This document shows positions 1-13,100 of a DNA stretch of 64,000 nucleotides, piece after piece. The translations under genes were made by a program, and so were the position numbers. Position 1 is the first letter of the stretch, and each line of letters opens with the position of its first letter. The stretch comes from Chrysemys picta bellii (lineage: Eukaryota), in the NCBI RefSeq assembly GCF_011386835.1, contig NC_088793.1:153512001-153576000 (forward strand), given 5' to 3'. The notes under the pieces are model-generated. The model made no database searches. It was not told the origin of the DNA and was given only the letters and a program-made list of their open reading frames with translations.

Positions 1-281
1 AAAATACCCATGACTAAATCGTAGCCTTAGCCATGCTGTAACCATTTGGTGAATAGAGATTTTCCGGCCTCTTGATCCAACACTTTCCCTCAGCCTAAAT
101 ACCCTTGTTAAAAAGAAAAGAACCCAAAATATATCTGTTTGCTGTTACAGCCTCTGAGAAGATTCCAGTTTCCATGTGAGCTAGAGAAGGTGTCTCATTC
201 TCCTCCATCTTCAGGTTTGTGTTTAAAAATCATCCTCTTGGAGGCTTTTCCTGCTCTAAGTTTGTAGGGAGACATGGACTT

Positions 282-664
282 GGTCTTCACTACAGGGTTA
301 GGTCAACGTAAGCTGCTTTGCGTTGACCTAGCTGTGGGAGTGTCTTCTTTTAAATTTGGCTCCCACCAATATAAGTGCCTCTCTATGCCGATTTAGTAAC
401 ATCACCTCCCTGAGTAGTGTACAGTCACTGTCAATGTAATAAGGTCAATGCCGTGTCAGTATAGACGCTGTGTTGCTTAAGTTGACTGTTACTGGCTTCC
501 AGGAGTCATACCACAATGCCCCCGCTGACAATACAATCGATACAAGCGCTCCTGGTGAGGACATGCACTGTTGGCACAAGCAGCTAAGTGTTTGCACACA
601 CAAACGATTTAGTGGCTGTATGCTAATGTAAGTTAGGTTGACATAATTTTGTAATGTAGACATG
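282..664. mobile_element. Degenerate PIF/Harbinger-type MITE
   Basis: Imperfect terminal inverted repeats GGTCTTCACTACA..TAGGTCAAC / GTTGACATAA..TGTAATGTAGAC. Confidence 0.55.
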
Positions 665-669
665 ACTAT

Positions 670-850
670 GGACTGAGTTTGAGTCTGGGAGCTAGGAATT
701 CCTGAGTTCTAATCCAGACTGTAATAATGGGGCAAGTGACTTTACAAGTCTGCCTCAGTTTCTCCATCCTGTATTGGGGATAATGATACCTATGTCAACA
801 ACTCAAAGGAGTGTTGTGTGATCTGTTGTTATTTGCAAAGTGTTTTGAGG
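670..850 (+). mobile_element. MIR/core-type ancient SINE fragment
   Basis: GGGCAAGTGACTT..TGCCTCAGTTTCTCCATC..GGGGATAATGATA core; similar relics at about 3630-3770(-), 26990-27150(+), 35530-35660(-), 45940-46220(-) and 62745-62830(+). Confidence 0.6.
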
Positions 851-1089
851 ATGAAGGCTGAAATTTCCGAAGGAGGCTAAGGGAGTCAGGCACCCAAATC
901 TCATTGAAATTCAATGAGTATTGGACTGCTAATTGCCTTTGGCTGCTTTAAAACTCCCATCTGAAAAGCCCACTATAAATGCCAATAATAATTATAATTT
1001 ACTCTGCTGTGTTTACACATTGGAGAATGTAATTATTTTTTCAAAGCCACTGATCTTTCTAACATGGAGACCTTGATTTATCTCTGCAG

Positions 1090-1148
1090 TTCATACTCTG
1101 AGACCATCTGACATTAAAGCAATTGCTGGCATAGGAATTTTGCAAACT
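1090..1148 (+). CDS. PLB1: PLB1 window exon 1 (repeat I): [20 protein letters not shown]
   Basis: ctctgcag acceptor, gtaagt donor, 59 bp like its paralogues at 39193 and 62515. Confidence 0.88.
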
Positions 1149-4100
1149 GTAAGTATAACAGTGAGGTGTGTTGACTATAACACTTCACCTTTAAGAGCTC
1201 AGTCCCGTTTCTGTTGAAATCAATAACAAAACTCCGGGTAAGCTGAACGGTGCAGAATGTGGGCCCTAATTAAGGTCTGTACTTGCTGGTGGTGTGATCA
1301 AGACTCAAAACTTTTCACATGTGTTAAAGATTTCGAGTGAATGGTGACTAGAGGTAGCTGATATTAACCGCTTACCATGGGATAGCTCTGATACTATCAG
1401 TACCCAACTGACTTCATGCAGGAGGAAATGCAATCAGGGTCTAAAAACACTTGCACAGAGAGAAGCTATTTGATTAGCGAACTCTTTAATTTTGCAAATA
1501 TAGGCATAACAAAATCCAATAGCTGGAAGATGAAGCTAGAAAAATTCAAACTGGAAATGAAGTGCCATTTTTATCAGTAACTAACTATTGGAACAGGTTA
1601 CCAAGAGATGTGGTGGATTTTTCCATCATGTGAAGTCTTTAAATTGAGATCGGATGCCTGTCTAAAAAGGATGCTCTGGTTCAACCACAGAATTATGGGC
1701 TTTCACTGGGTGAAATTCTCTGGCCTGTGCTATGCAGATGTTCAGACTAGATGACCATAATTTTCCCTTCTGGCTTTATGAATCCGAGTATAAATCTATG
1801 GAAGAGAGTTGGACTGAAACAGGAATGTTTGATCAGAAGTCCCTTGAGTGTTAGGGAAGCTTGGATCCACATCTGGATCAAAATTTTGTAGCCCAGGCCC
1901 ATAACTACAAAATAACGAAGTTGCTTGTCACAACTACCATATATTTCCTACTCTGTATTTCTAAATACTGCAGAATCAACAGGAAAGGATCTTGTGGAGC
2001 TGTTGGTGGGTTTTTTGTTTGTTTGTTTGTTTGGGGTTGTTTTTGCTTTGCTTCAAAACAAGATTGAAATCCCAGTTGCTGATATATGAGGTAGTCCCAT
2101 TTGGGTAACCATCTTTCCTGTTGAAATTGAGATGCAGAATACAGTATTGCTATAGCACTAGGAACTGGAAATCCCTTAATTTCTTTGTTCTGCCCTAATT
2201 AGCCTGAAATTTATACTGAATGTGTGTTGTGGGATAACTGGAGATGCACAGGGATAGGAGAAACCAGAAAGGTTTGGGGGAAATCTCATACTTCTAGAAG
2301 TTTCACAAACAATTTAACATTTTAGAGCCTCATCCTGTGAGGTGCCGTGCATCCTCAACTCCCTTTGCAGCGGAGTGTGCTTAGCATCTTGTAGGAAACA
2401 CTTAGAACCTCACAGAGTTGAGATACATATTTGCAAAACATCTCAGTACTACCAATCTATCTGCCATAACTTCCATAAGGTTTTGGGTTGCGGAACCCAT
2501 GAATTTCTAACAGTCAGAATTACTGTATTCCTCCTGATTTCTCCCCTTTTGAGAAGAATTATGACACTTGGTCTGCCCTAATTCTTGAGTTTCCTTTACC
2601 CGAACCAAGAATCCTTCTGTCTTCCCTTGTATCTCAGCACATGGTCTTCCATATTAAAAAGACTCTTCTGATGTTAATGCCTTGAATGGCGTGGGTGAGA
2701 TGCTATAGAAAGAAATATATGAATGGTTTGCATTTAAGACATGCAGCCTTTGGGAAAGGGGACATCTCTCGGTCTGTCTCTGGGTTCAACCAAAAGCCCA
2801 CTGAAATCAGCAGGAATCTATCTATTTTAGGACTGTACACTGCCTCCCATAACTATAGAAACTGGGCACCTTCTATATAAAATCAATACCAATAGCTACA
2901 TCACTAGTGTACTTCCTAGAGTCTTGTTGACTTAAATGGACTTTGGATCATGTCCCCTGTTTGAAAGAGATTGGGCCAACAGAAACTTCAATATAGTTTA
3001 AAAAGCAGTTCATTCAGCTATAAAAAAGTGTGGTATTTCATCTTTTAAAACTCTTTTGATACATGGAATGCACCATTAGAATGTACCAAAGCAATGGTCT
3101 CCAAACTGTAAGCAAACTGCAAAAAGGAAACCTTAATTATGTGTTGTAATTTAAAATGCAGTGCAGAAAATGGCTATTTACCATAGTGACTATCTGAAAT
3201 ATAAAACTGGAGTATGACAGAGTAGGCTACTATTTGCTTATTAATAACACTTTTATTGTTCCATGATTATTTACAGACCCCAGATTCTAGGATAGATCAT
3301 GAAGATTTACTCCAAAGGTAACAGTGAACTTTCATTGGTTAGCACTGGCAACTGCTATGATGTCAATTTACACAGCTGCACATGACAGGGATGAGGACCA
3401 GATTCTAAACTCGGAAGTACCCAATTTTCATCCCATCCTCAAAATTGTTCTTGTGCCTGGGTGTGCAAGAGCAGGGTAGAGATCTTTATTGAAATATTAG
3501 AATCTGAGCCATTATGTCCCTAGTCATCCTTAGTTGGTAGCTATCGTTTTTGCTTAAAGAGCACCTTTTACCCCAGGATGTCAGATGTTTTATAAACGTT
3601 GAGTAAGCCTCATAAAAACTATGATGAATCCTGTATAGTTAGTGGTATCACCCCCTGCTTACAGATGGGGAAAAAAGAGAAGGGACTTGCCCAAAGTCAT
3701 ACAGGAAGCCATTAGTAAGAATGAAGAACAGAATCCATGAGTCCTGGTGCCTAGTCCCCTGCGCTAACCTCGGAACCACATTCCATGGATGCTGGAATGA
3801 TACCCAGTGCTCCTTGGCCATGTTTTATACTGTTGTATTACCACGCGTCAGGGTTGTTACATTTGAAGTAAACTAAGAGTCTGATCCTCAGTTGGTGCAA
3901 ATCTATTTAGCTCCATTGCAGCCACTAGAGCTATGCCAGTTTACAACAGCTAAAGTTCTGGCCCTAAGTAAAAGTAGACTAAAATTTAAAAACTATACTT
4001 CTAACTATGCCTGTACAAACAAACATACAAGCCCACTCACTGGTGAGTGCCATTGCAGGGCCAAATGCATTAACCGGGCACTGAAATTGTTAGTTTCCAT

Positions 4101-7100
4101 GCATAAATGCAGCTACTTGCACGCACACTATTTATGTAAATGTTTAGCAGAGGAGTATAGTTTGGATGGGAACAAGGTTGATAAGTTACAAACAAATACC
4201 GTTGGGAAAGAGGTGACAGTTACTGTTTCCTTTACCTTTATGTTAAGCCCTGAAATGAGTGTTCTGTTGTGACTCAGCAACAGCGGGTGGCATTACTAAA
4301 ATCTAGGGAAAGTAGAGGAGACAGATCCCGTTCTGATGGGGGAGCGGGTTTAGTGATTTTGTCAGCTGTCAGAAGAAACAGAGCTCTGAGCTCCGGCCTT
4401 CTTATGTTAAGAAGAAATCAGTACTGTGCTGTAACATGATTTTGATTTATGAGAAATGTGACAGATCAACTCAGGTTTTTCTTCTATTTATAGCCCAGAA
4501 AGGACCCTCCTTCAGGCGAGCATGGGAACACTATCAGGTGTGTCTTACTGTGTTGTTCTCAACACTGAACTCTAGGCAAATCCATTGCCAGGTATCATTA
4601 AAAGCATGGTTGGTCTTGCAGCTTTGCTAGGCTCTTTAGAGAGGGTGCAGCACCAGTGCATAGCGCAGCCATAAGTGGGGTGTCGGACTGATCTAGGGGA
4701 GGGCCACTCTGGAGGCAGAATGCAAATCCCCTGGAGTGCAAGGGAATCTCACAGAACAGCTCTCCAATGACCTCTCCAGCTGACGTTTTGGATAGCACTG
4801 ACTTGCTCTGGAGAGCGTTGTAGCCACCTCTCCTCAGGTGCAGAGACTATCACCACAACATTGGGATTAGGGAGGGTACTCTTTCCATCTCCCCAAAATC
4901 TTCACCCTAGTATGTTAATGTCTCCTTCATTTTCCATGGGTGCAAATGGGGCTCTTTTTAATCTTGGAAATCCCTTCAGTGCTGGGGGAAGTTGGTGATA
5001 CATGTTCCCTGTAAATATCCTCTATTCCATATAATGTCCCATGGCGGCCTAAATCCAGCTCTGCACACAGCTCCTGTTGCTAAAATTGGGAGATACCCAA
5101 TATGCAGGCATCACCAGGGCTAGAACAAATAATTCCAACTTCATGCCCCTGTTTCAAAACTCATAACGCTGAGGAACAACATCACTGATAAGAGTGGAGG
5201 GTCCCCGATGTAGCATCTATAATGCCTACCAAGAAGCCAGAGATCCTAGCAGTTTGTGGCTGATTTGATTCCATTAAGGGTGAAGTGGCAGAGCAGTAGT
5301 TCCCAGGATCTTGGATTATACTGACTGTGTGTGTTGTTCAGCTCTTGTTAGCAGGTTTAACCCCTCTGTACTGCATCAGCCACTTCCTCTCAAAACTAGC
5401 GGAGCAGCATCAGGAACCAAAGCTATGTAAGTTCTTTTTTTTAGCTGAAGAATGAATTTAGTGTTGGTGAAAGGTACAGGGCTGAAAGCCCCGTGGGACT
5501 GAAGTCCTTTAACTGTACTCAGAACATGTACAGCAGGGGCAGGACAAGCTTCCCTAACACCAAACCCTGCCAATGTGGCTCAACTTTCTCCTATCCTTAA
5601 CAGGAGTGACACATGACTCTGTGGCTCAGGACCCGATTAACTCTCCTGTGGGATCAGGGCTATTAGATTTTTGTGGGGCCCCTGTACACAAGTCTTTTTC
5701 CTATTTTAAAACAAAATGATCACAATTATGGAATCAAGGCTATTAACGCTGTACTAAACTTGCCTCTAATTAACAAAGCCGTTCTGTGGTTACATTTCAG
5801 TCTTAAAACATGTAGAATATAGATAAATTCATTCAAAATAGCTTACTTCTTACTTTAGAACAGCTGTTATATTATTTTCTTTCTGGGAGGGAGTTTGGAT
5901 GCAGGAGGGGGCTCCAGGCTGGGGCAGAGTGTTGGGGTGTAGGAGAGGGTGAGGGGTGCAGGCTCTGGGAGGGAGTTTGGTGCAGGAAGGGATTTTGACC
6001 TGGGGCAGGGGGTTGGGGTGCAGGAGGGGGTGCAAGGTGCAGGCTCTGGCTGGGAGGCACTTACCACAGGTGGCTCCCAGCCGACAGTGCAGCAGGGCTT
6101 AGCCTGCCTGCCTTTCTGCCATAGCTCCATGTGCCGGCTGCTGGCATGTCTCTGCGCACCCCTGGGGGAGAGGGGGACAGCGTGTTTCCCTGTACTGCCC
6201 ATGCCCGCAGGTACCACCCCTGCAGCTCCTGCGGGGACAGAGCTGGGGGCAGAGGCAGTGTGTGGCGCCGCCTCCCCCCACCCCAGGGGCTGCAGAGACT
6301 TGCCAGCAGCCAGCCACTTCTGGGAACGGCCAGAGCCGGCTTTAGGAAGTGCGGGGCCCGATTCGAACAGTTTTGACAGGGCCCCGGCAGGGATGACTGG
6401 AAAAAAAAAAAAAACGTAAAAAAACATGTGGGGCTTGTACTCACCGGACGGCACTCAGTCTTTGGCGGTTTGTCCTTCACTCGCTCCGAGTCTTTGGTGG
6501 CACTGAAGGACCCGCCGCTGAAGTGCCCCCGAAGACCCGGAGCGCTGCCGGGTGAGTAAAAATTAAAAAGGAGCCTCTAGCCAGGGAAGGGATTCTCGGC
6601 CACTTGCTCCAACCCCGGCAGCCCTGCCACTGGGCGCGGGGCCCTCTTAGGCGTGGGGCCCGATTCGGGGGAATTGGTGGAATTAGCCTAAAGCCGGCCC
6701 TGGGAACGGTGTAGGTCCATGGCATGCAGGTAGCCTGCCTGAGCCCTGCTGCACCTCTGGACTTTTCATGGCCCGGAGATCGCAATTGACTGGCAGAGGC
6801 TCCAGGATTGACAAGTCTATCGTGATTGACAGGTGGTTGACCACTGAATTGTATATAATTATGGATTTATTTTTGTGGGGTGTGCCTTAGCTCAAGGTCC
6901 TGGGCTGCAGCCCCTAAAGCCCCTGCATTAATCCGGCCCTTCTGTGGCCCATTTAACACACCACATCTTTTGATTTCAGATCAGCCCTCCCTTTTTGCAT
7001 CAGCAAAATAATGTTGTGGGCTTGAATGAGGGTAAACAGATGCCTAGCAACCTGACTGTGTCTGTGGATTTGTATTAAATCCCATGCTGTTCTTTTCAAT

Positions 7101-10100
7101 GATTAAATCAGCCAAAGTGTTCTTTAAAAATGACTTGACCATTTCTGCTTTCCTTTTGTGCAACAGAAGCATACTGGATCAAGCTAAAGAAATGGTGAAA
7201 TGCATGAAAGAGAACCAGGTATATTTAAAACACTCAGGACTTCAAAGAGCCTAACCAGCACTTTGGGGAAGGAGGTGTGGGGGGGGGGGGGAAAGGGGAG
7301 GAAAGAAGCGAGAAAAAAGTCAAATTTCAAAACATTTTGAACTTCAAAATATTGATGAAATTTTGAAGTTCAAAATATTTTTGACCAGTTCTATTGAACA
7401 CAAAACAAAGGGTCTGTTAGATATGGAAAATGCTGCCTTTTTTTTTAAAAAAAATGTGGTTACTGAACTCCAGTGTTTCTATTAAAAACAAAATTAGACT
7501 TGCCATCCCAAAGAACCTACCCTTTGCTTCTGAAGATGTTTCTCCCTATTTGTCATGGTGTTCAAAATATTTGGTTAAAATTAATCTAGTTTGCCTCCTG
7601 CTAATCAAGGATGCTGGAGCTCTATGATGGCATGTGGCCTGCTTAGGAATCCTGCTGGAATATAATCGAACTAAGTATGTTTCTCCCATTTCCTCATAGC
7701 ACCTTAGGGTGGAATTATCACAAACACCCACTGAATCTGCTCTCACAAACATCAATGGTTGACTTCAATGGCTACATCTACACTACGGGGGGGGTCGATT
7801 TAAGATACGCAAATTCAGCTACGTGAATAGCGTAGCTGAATTCGACGTATCACAGCCGACTTACCCCGCTGTAGGGACGGTGGCAAAATCGACCTCTGCA
7901 GCTTCCTGTCGATGGCGCTTACTCCCACCTCCGCTGGTGGAGTAAGAGCGTTGATTCGGGGATCGATTGTCGTGTCCCGAGGGATGCGATAAATCGATCC
8001 CCGAGAGGTCGATTTCTACCCGCCTGAATCGGCGGGTAGTGTAGACCTAGCCAATGAGTGCAATGTTAGGCCAATGATGGATGCTCTGAAAATCCTCTCC
8101 TGAAGCTTCATGCGCTAATTTCCTTGTATCCTGCCCCATTGTTTGGGTCTAAACAGTTGGAGACCTGCGACTTAGTAAAAGGGTCTTGGCCTAACTGGGA
8201 AATGTGGTTGTTCAACTGAGTGTGTTGCTCACTCACTATTTTCTGTGCTGGGAGCCCATGGCACTATATGGTCCTTGATGCTATGGGAGGGTGGCCCACA
8301 GGTGTTTGGGATTAGACTTAGCACAACATTTGGTGAATTCAAGTCTCCTGTGCAGCTGCTCTTGGGTATGTCTTGTGCAGCACAAAGCTAATGTGGGTCA
8401 ACAGGCCCCATACATCCATGTTCTCATGGCATCTGCATCACTCACAAGTGTTCAGCTGACTTGAACTCAGCTGATTCTGGTGGTTTTGGGTTTCTGCTAG
8501 AGGCTTCACTTAAACCCACAGGAAAGAGGGCTAACGGTTGGTGGCTGGGGAATGCCAGTGATGAGACGGGCTCTTACCTTCTCCCTAGCGCCATTGGTAA
8601 CAATGTACCAACTGCTTTCTCTTGTGCTCTTTCCTTTCAGATGATAGATTTCCAAAATGACTGGAAGCTAATCACAGTTTTCTTTAGTGCTGAAAACCTG
8701 TGTTCTTCCTGTGCCTCCACCCACCAGGTAAGCTGCCTAGACTGTGGTTTAAGTCTGAGCAAGGAATCCCAGCTCTGACTATGGGACCTTGGGATTATTA
8801 TGAGCACTGACCTAAAACCTCAGCCATACGGGAACCTGAATCTAAGAGTTACTCATCCAGTCAGGAAACAAACATACCATAAGACTCAAAACAACTTGAG
8901 TTAAGAATATCATACCAGCTGCAGAGCAAGACCTACCCGCAGATGCTACTGGTGAATAATTTCAAATAATGAATGAGAAGAGAGTGATCTCTTTGCACAG
9001 ATACTACAGTGGTGGGAACTATGTAAGTACCAAAATACATTCTGTGAACAGAAGAGGCATAAATTAATTCAGTAAGTTATTCATTATGAATTTCTTGTCC
9101 ACCTCAGCCCAGTACTCACTGAAGGAAAAATGCTACTCACTGAATCTCCAACAGCATCTGTCAGGGTTCCTTCCCCACTCTGAACTCTGGGGTACAGATG
9201 TGGGGACCCGCATGAAAGACCCCCTAAGCTTATTTTTACCAGCTTAGGTTAAAACTTTCCCAGGCACAAGTTCCACCTTGTCCTTGATCACTGCCACCAC
9301 CAAATGATTTAAACAAACGTTCAGGGAGGGCCACTTGGAGCCCTACCTCCCCCCAAAATATCCCCCCAAGCCTCTACACCCCCTTTCCTAGGGAGGCTTG
9401 AGAATAATATCCTAACCGATTGGTTACAAATTGAGCACAAATCAACCCCCCCCCCGGGTCTTTAGAACACTGAAAAACAATCAGGTTCTTAAAAGAAGTG
9501 TATTTAAAAAAAAGATAAAAGAATCACCTCTGTAAAATCAGGATGGAAGATGACTTTACAGGGTAACAAGATTCCAAACAGAGGATTTCCCCTCTAGACA
9601 AAACTTTCAAGTTACAAAAACGGGGATAAACCTCCCTCTTAGCACAGGGAAAATTCACAAGCTAAAACAAAAGATAATCTAACACATTTCTTTGCTATTA
9701 CTTACTATTTCTGCAATACTAGATGCTTAGTCCATATATGGCTTAGGGAGATGTATTTACTCCTGCCCTGGTTCCTTTGCTGACTCCGAGAGAACAAAAC
9801 AAAGACACAAACAAAAACCTTCCCCCACAGATCTGAAAGTATCTTCTCCCCTCATTGGTCTTTTTGGTCAAGTGCCAACCAGGTTATCTGAGCTTCTTAA
9901 CCCTTTACAGGTAAAAGAGGAATTAACCCTTTACAGGGTAAAGAGGGATTTTATGCTACCCTTAGTTGTATGTTTATGATAGTACCTCCTAGAGCACTGC
10001 TGTTTTCCTTAAGGATCTCCCATCTTGTCCAACTCGAGCTAGGCTGTGAGAGCTGACAAAATTGCAGACCTAGATGGTATGGCTGAAGTTGATTGGTATA

Positions 10101-13100
10101 TCCAATCATTTGCTTTGAGCAGCCAGTGTCCCAAGTCAGATTCTGATGTCTTGTGTGACTTAAGGTATGTCTACACTGCAGCGGGGAGTGCATCTCCCAG
10201 CCCAGGTAAACAGAAGTGCACTAGCTCTGCTTGAGCTAGCATGCTAAAAATAACCGTGTGAACTTTGTGGCACAGGCTAACCACTTAAGTACGTACTCCT
10301 ATTGGCCTTGTGGGATAAGGGTTAAGGTTTGGTCTCAGGTGGACAACAGAAAAGGAACAAAAAAAACAAGTCTCTTTAAATGTGTAATATTTTTCTTTGC
10401 CCCTAATTTTTCCATCATTTAGTGAAAGGGTCTTGGCCACCTTCTTGCTTCTCTTGCTCATATGTTACCTTCTTGCTTCTCTTTTTGATGTCTCTATTCT
10501 ATGTGGGTTCTGGTATCTGAGCATCGTCTAGTAGCACATTAAGCGATGTGACAATTCACTACTAACATCGGCTGTGTCTTCATCATCCTGCCGAGGAGGT
10601 TCACCATTTTGGGGCACTCTGTCCACTGCAGTTTTACATTTGAGCATTTATATTTTGTACTCACCACTAAGCACCTTCCCGCTTGCCCAGCAAATTCAAC
10701 TGGGGTCAAATTCAAACTGGAGAGATGAGCGAGTGGCAGATTCTCCCTCCTCTGGTGTCACTTGTCTCCTTGCTGAACCACCCTGGCTATCGAGAACTCT
10801 TATCTCTGGCTCATAAAGTTTCTTTGAAAAAGCAATTTCTCTGTGCCTTTGGTGTGCATCAAGTTGTATTAAATTGTCTGTTTTTTGTTGTTGTTTTTAA
10901 AAAATCCTATGAAATGATAAAGCCTGAATCATCTTCTCTTCCCTCAAGGCTTTAATCAACCCTCTGAAAATTACTCTATTCAAGGAGCAGAGAGGAGATA
11001 ACTATCTATAAATTCTTGAGAGGCAGTAACACAAAAGGAAAGGAGGAATCATTGAAGAGGGTTAAGGGGGCATAATAAGGAGTGAGCTGAAAAGGGGAAA
11101 TTTAACCATGAGGTCAATTAGACTCAATGGAACATGTGCTAAGGAAAGTCACAGAAGTGCTTTTGCCAGAGGTGGCCAAGACTGAATTGGATGAGGCATT
11201 TAAGAGGTTAAAATAGAGGCAATCCCCATGCTACACAAGGAGTGGATGATCTGTGACCGGAGTGTATCTTCCCGCAAAGAAGACAATATCTGTATGAAGA
11301 TCATTTTCTGTTAGTAATGGCTTTATTGAGGTAATCTGCTCCAAGGATGGCATAATAGGTCTCTTCCATTTCAGAGTCTTTAGATGAAAAAACTCTTTGA
11401 GGCTGTGATTTTGTTTAAATTGTCTAATCATACCCAGTTAAATCATATTATTGGATCCTAGATTCCTCTTGCCTTAGGTGCTGGATAAAGCCGAATCCAC
11501 AATGTGACTATTACCAGTAGCATCTCTGGTACATTAGCTAAATGAATGGAGCCCATTGCTTCTGAGAAACATGTGACTTTTGCTTTTCCTGATGGTCTTG
11601 ATGATGGCTTGAATTGTCTTTTTTCCAGCTCTGTGCCATGAGCACATGCATATTTCCACACACCCCATTCTAAATTATTTCTCTCTTAACAGGAGAATTG
11701 CTCACTGGACAGCATGGAAAGACTTACCAGAGTCTTGGACTTCTTGTATCAAAGAGTAAGATCCCTTCACCAGGTTTAAGCCACTTACTGTACCTGACTC
11801 ATTTGCCAGGTTACCCCAGATTCCCTGACTGAGGTACATGTACAGCTGCAAAGCTTCTGGGTTGAATTTTTAAAAGTGCCTAAGTCACTTAAGAGCACGT
11901 CTCCTTGAATTTAATGGGATTTGTGCTTCTAAGTCAGTCACTTTTGAAAATCCCACTTTTTGTCAGCAAATATTGTATTCACATACACTTTATACCAGGG
12001 CCTCCCAGAGGATTCAGGGGGCCTGGGGCAAAGCAGGGGAGCTGCGGAGCTTGTACTCACCCGGTGAAGGTCCGGGTCTTCAGCGGCATGGGGCCCTTCA
12101 GTCGCTCTGTGTCTTTGGCAGCACTGAAGGGCCCCCCACCGCCGAAATGCTGCCGAACACCTGGACCGCTGCCGGGCCACGGCTCGCGGGGCATTTCAGT
12201 GGCGGGGGGCCCTTCAGTCGCTCCGTGTATTTGGCAGCACTGAAGGGGCCCCCGCCACCGAAGACCCGGATCGCCGCCGGGCCAGGGCTCGTGGGGCCCC
12301 TCTGGGGCCCGGGGCAAATTGCCCCACTTGCCCCCCCCCACCCCAGGCGGCCCTGCTTTATAGATGAAAAGACATTTAAAAATGGTGATATATACAAAGT
12401 GACAACTAGATGTTTGGGTGTCCAACTAAGGCCTATGCACCACTTAAGTCCTGTTCTGACATCTTAATTGGTGCATTAACCTTGTGACCTCTCTGCACAG
12501 GAGTAAATTTCACTCCTGTTGAGCCAGGCAGTACATGCTTATTTGTTGATGTAAAATACAGGGTTCTTGGGGACTAGTCAAACAATCAGACTAACTAACA
12601 CACAAGATGTCAATCCTCTAACAATGACTGGTGCAGACCAAAGATGGGCATCATCCATTTAAAACAACCATGTTGAGTTTTTTTCCCCTTTCCATTTTTG
12701 TCTTAAAACCTCAGTGCAAGTCATTTCCTGTTTGTCCACCCACCGTTCCAGGTAAATTATTTCAGTGAAATGTGCTGCACCTAGACCATACGGCTTTATT
12801 AATACAACTAGCATTTCTGAGTATATATCAACGGTAAAATAGAACCTTTCTATATTTACTGTTAATCCTAGCTAAGGTATTTGTATACCACCCATCAAGA
12901 ACTGTTTTTTCCTCTAACTAAGGTCTAATACATATGCAAAAACTATTATTCTTTGAATGTATTGGGCCAAACCCTGAAGCCTTTTAATAACTTGATAGGA
13001 TAACGAGCCTTGTGGATAAGGGTGAAGCTGTGGATGTGGTATACCTAGACTTTAGTAAGGCATTTGATACAGTCTCGCATGATATTCTTATCGATAAACT

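Noticed and set aside
4365-4420. Alternative candidate for a repeat I exon (AG..AGAAACAGAGCTCTG)
   Set aside because: Poor donor and no similarity; 4494-4537 fits phase, size and sequence better.
5850-6785. Cluster of overlapping 60-195 aa ORFs
   Set aside because: Lie within GC-rich nested hAT MITEs; low-complexity, no domain, open because stops are scarce.
11690-11695. NAG-GAG tandem acceptors (also at 32877, 55551, 56120)
   Set aside because: GAG is a poor acceptor and the upstream YAG fits paralogous exon lengths.
11905-12467. Five overlapping ORFs with a repeated LKGPPPPK motif; spaced repeats superficially array-like
   Set aside because: Internal tandem hairpin units of an hAT MITE; not CRISPR (eukaryotic intron, two units, no unique spacers or cas genes).
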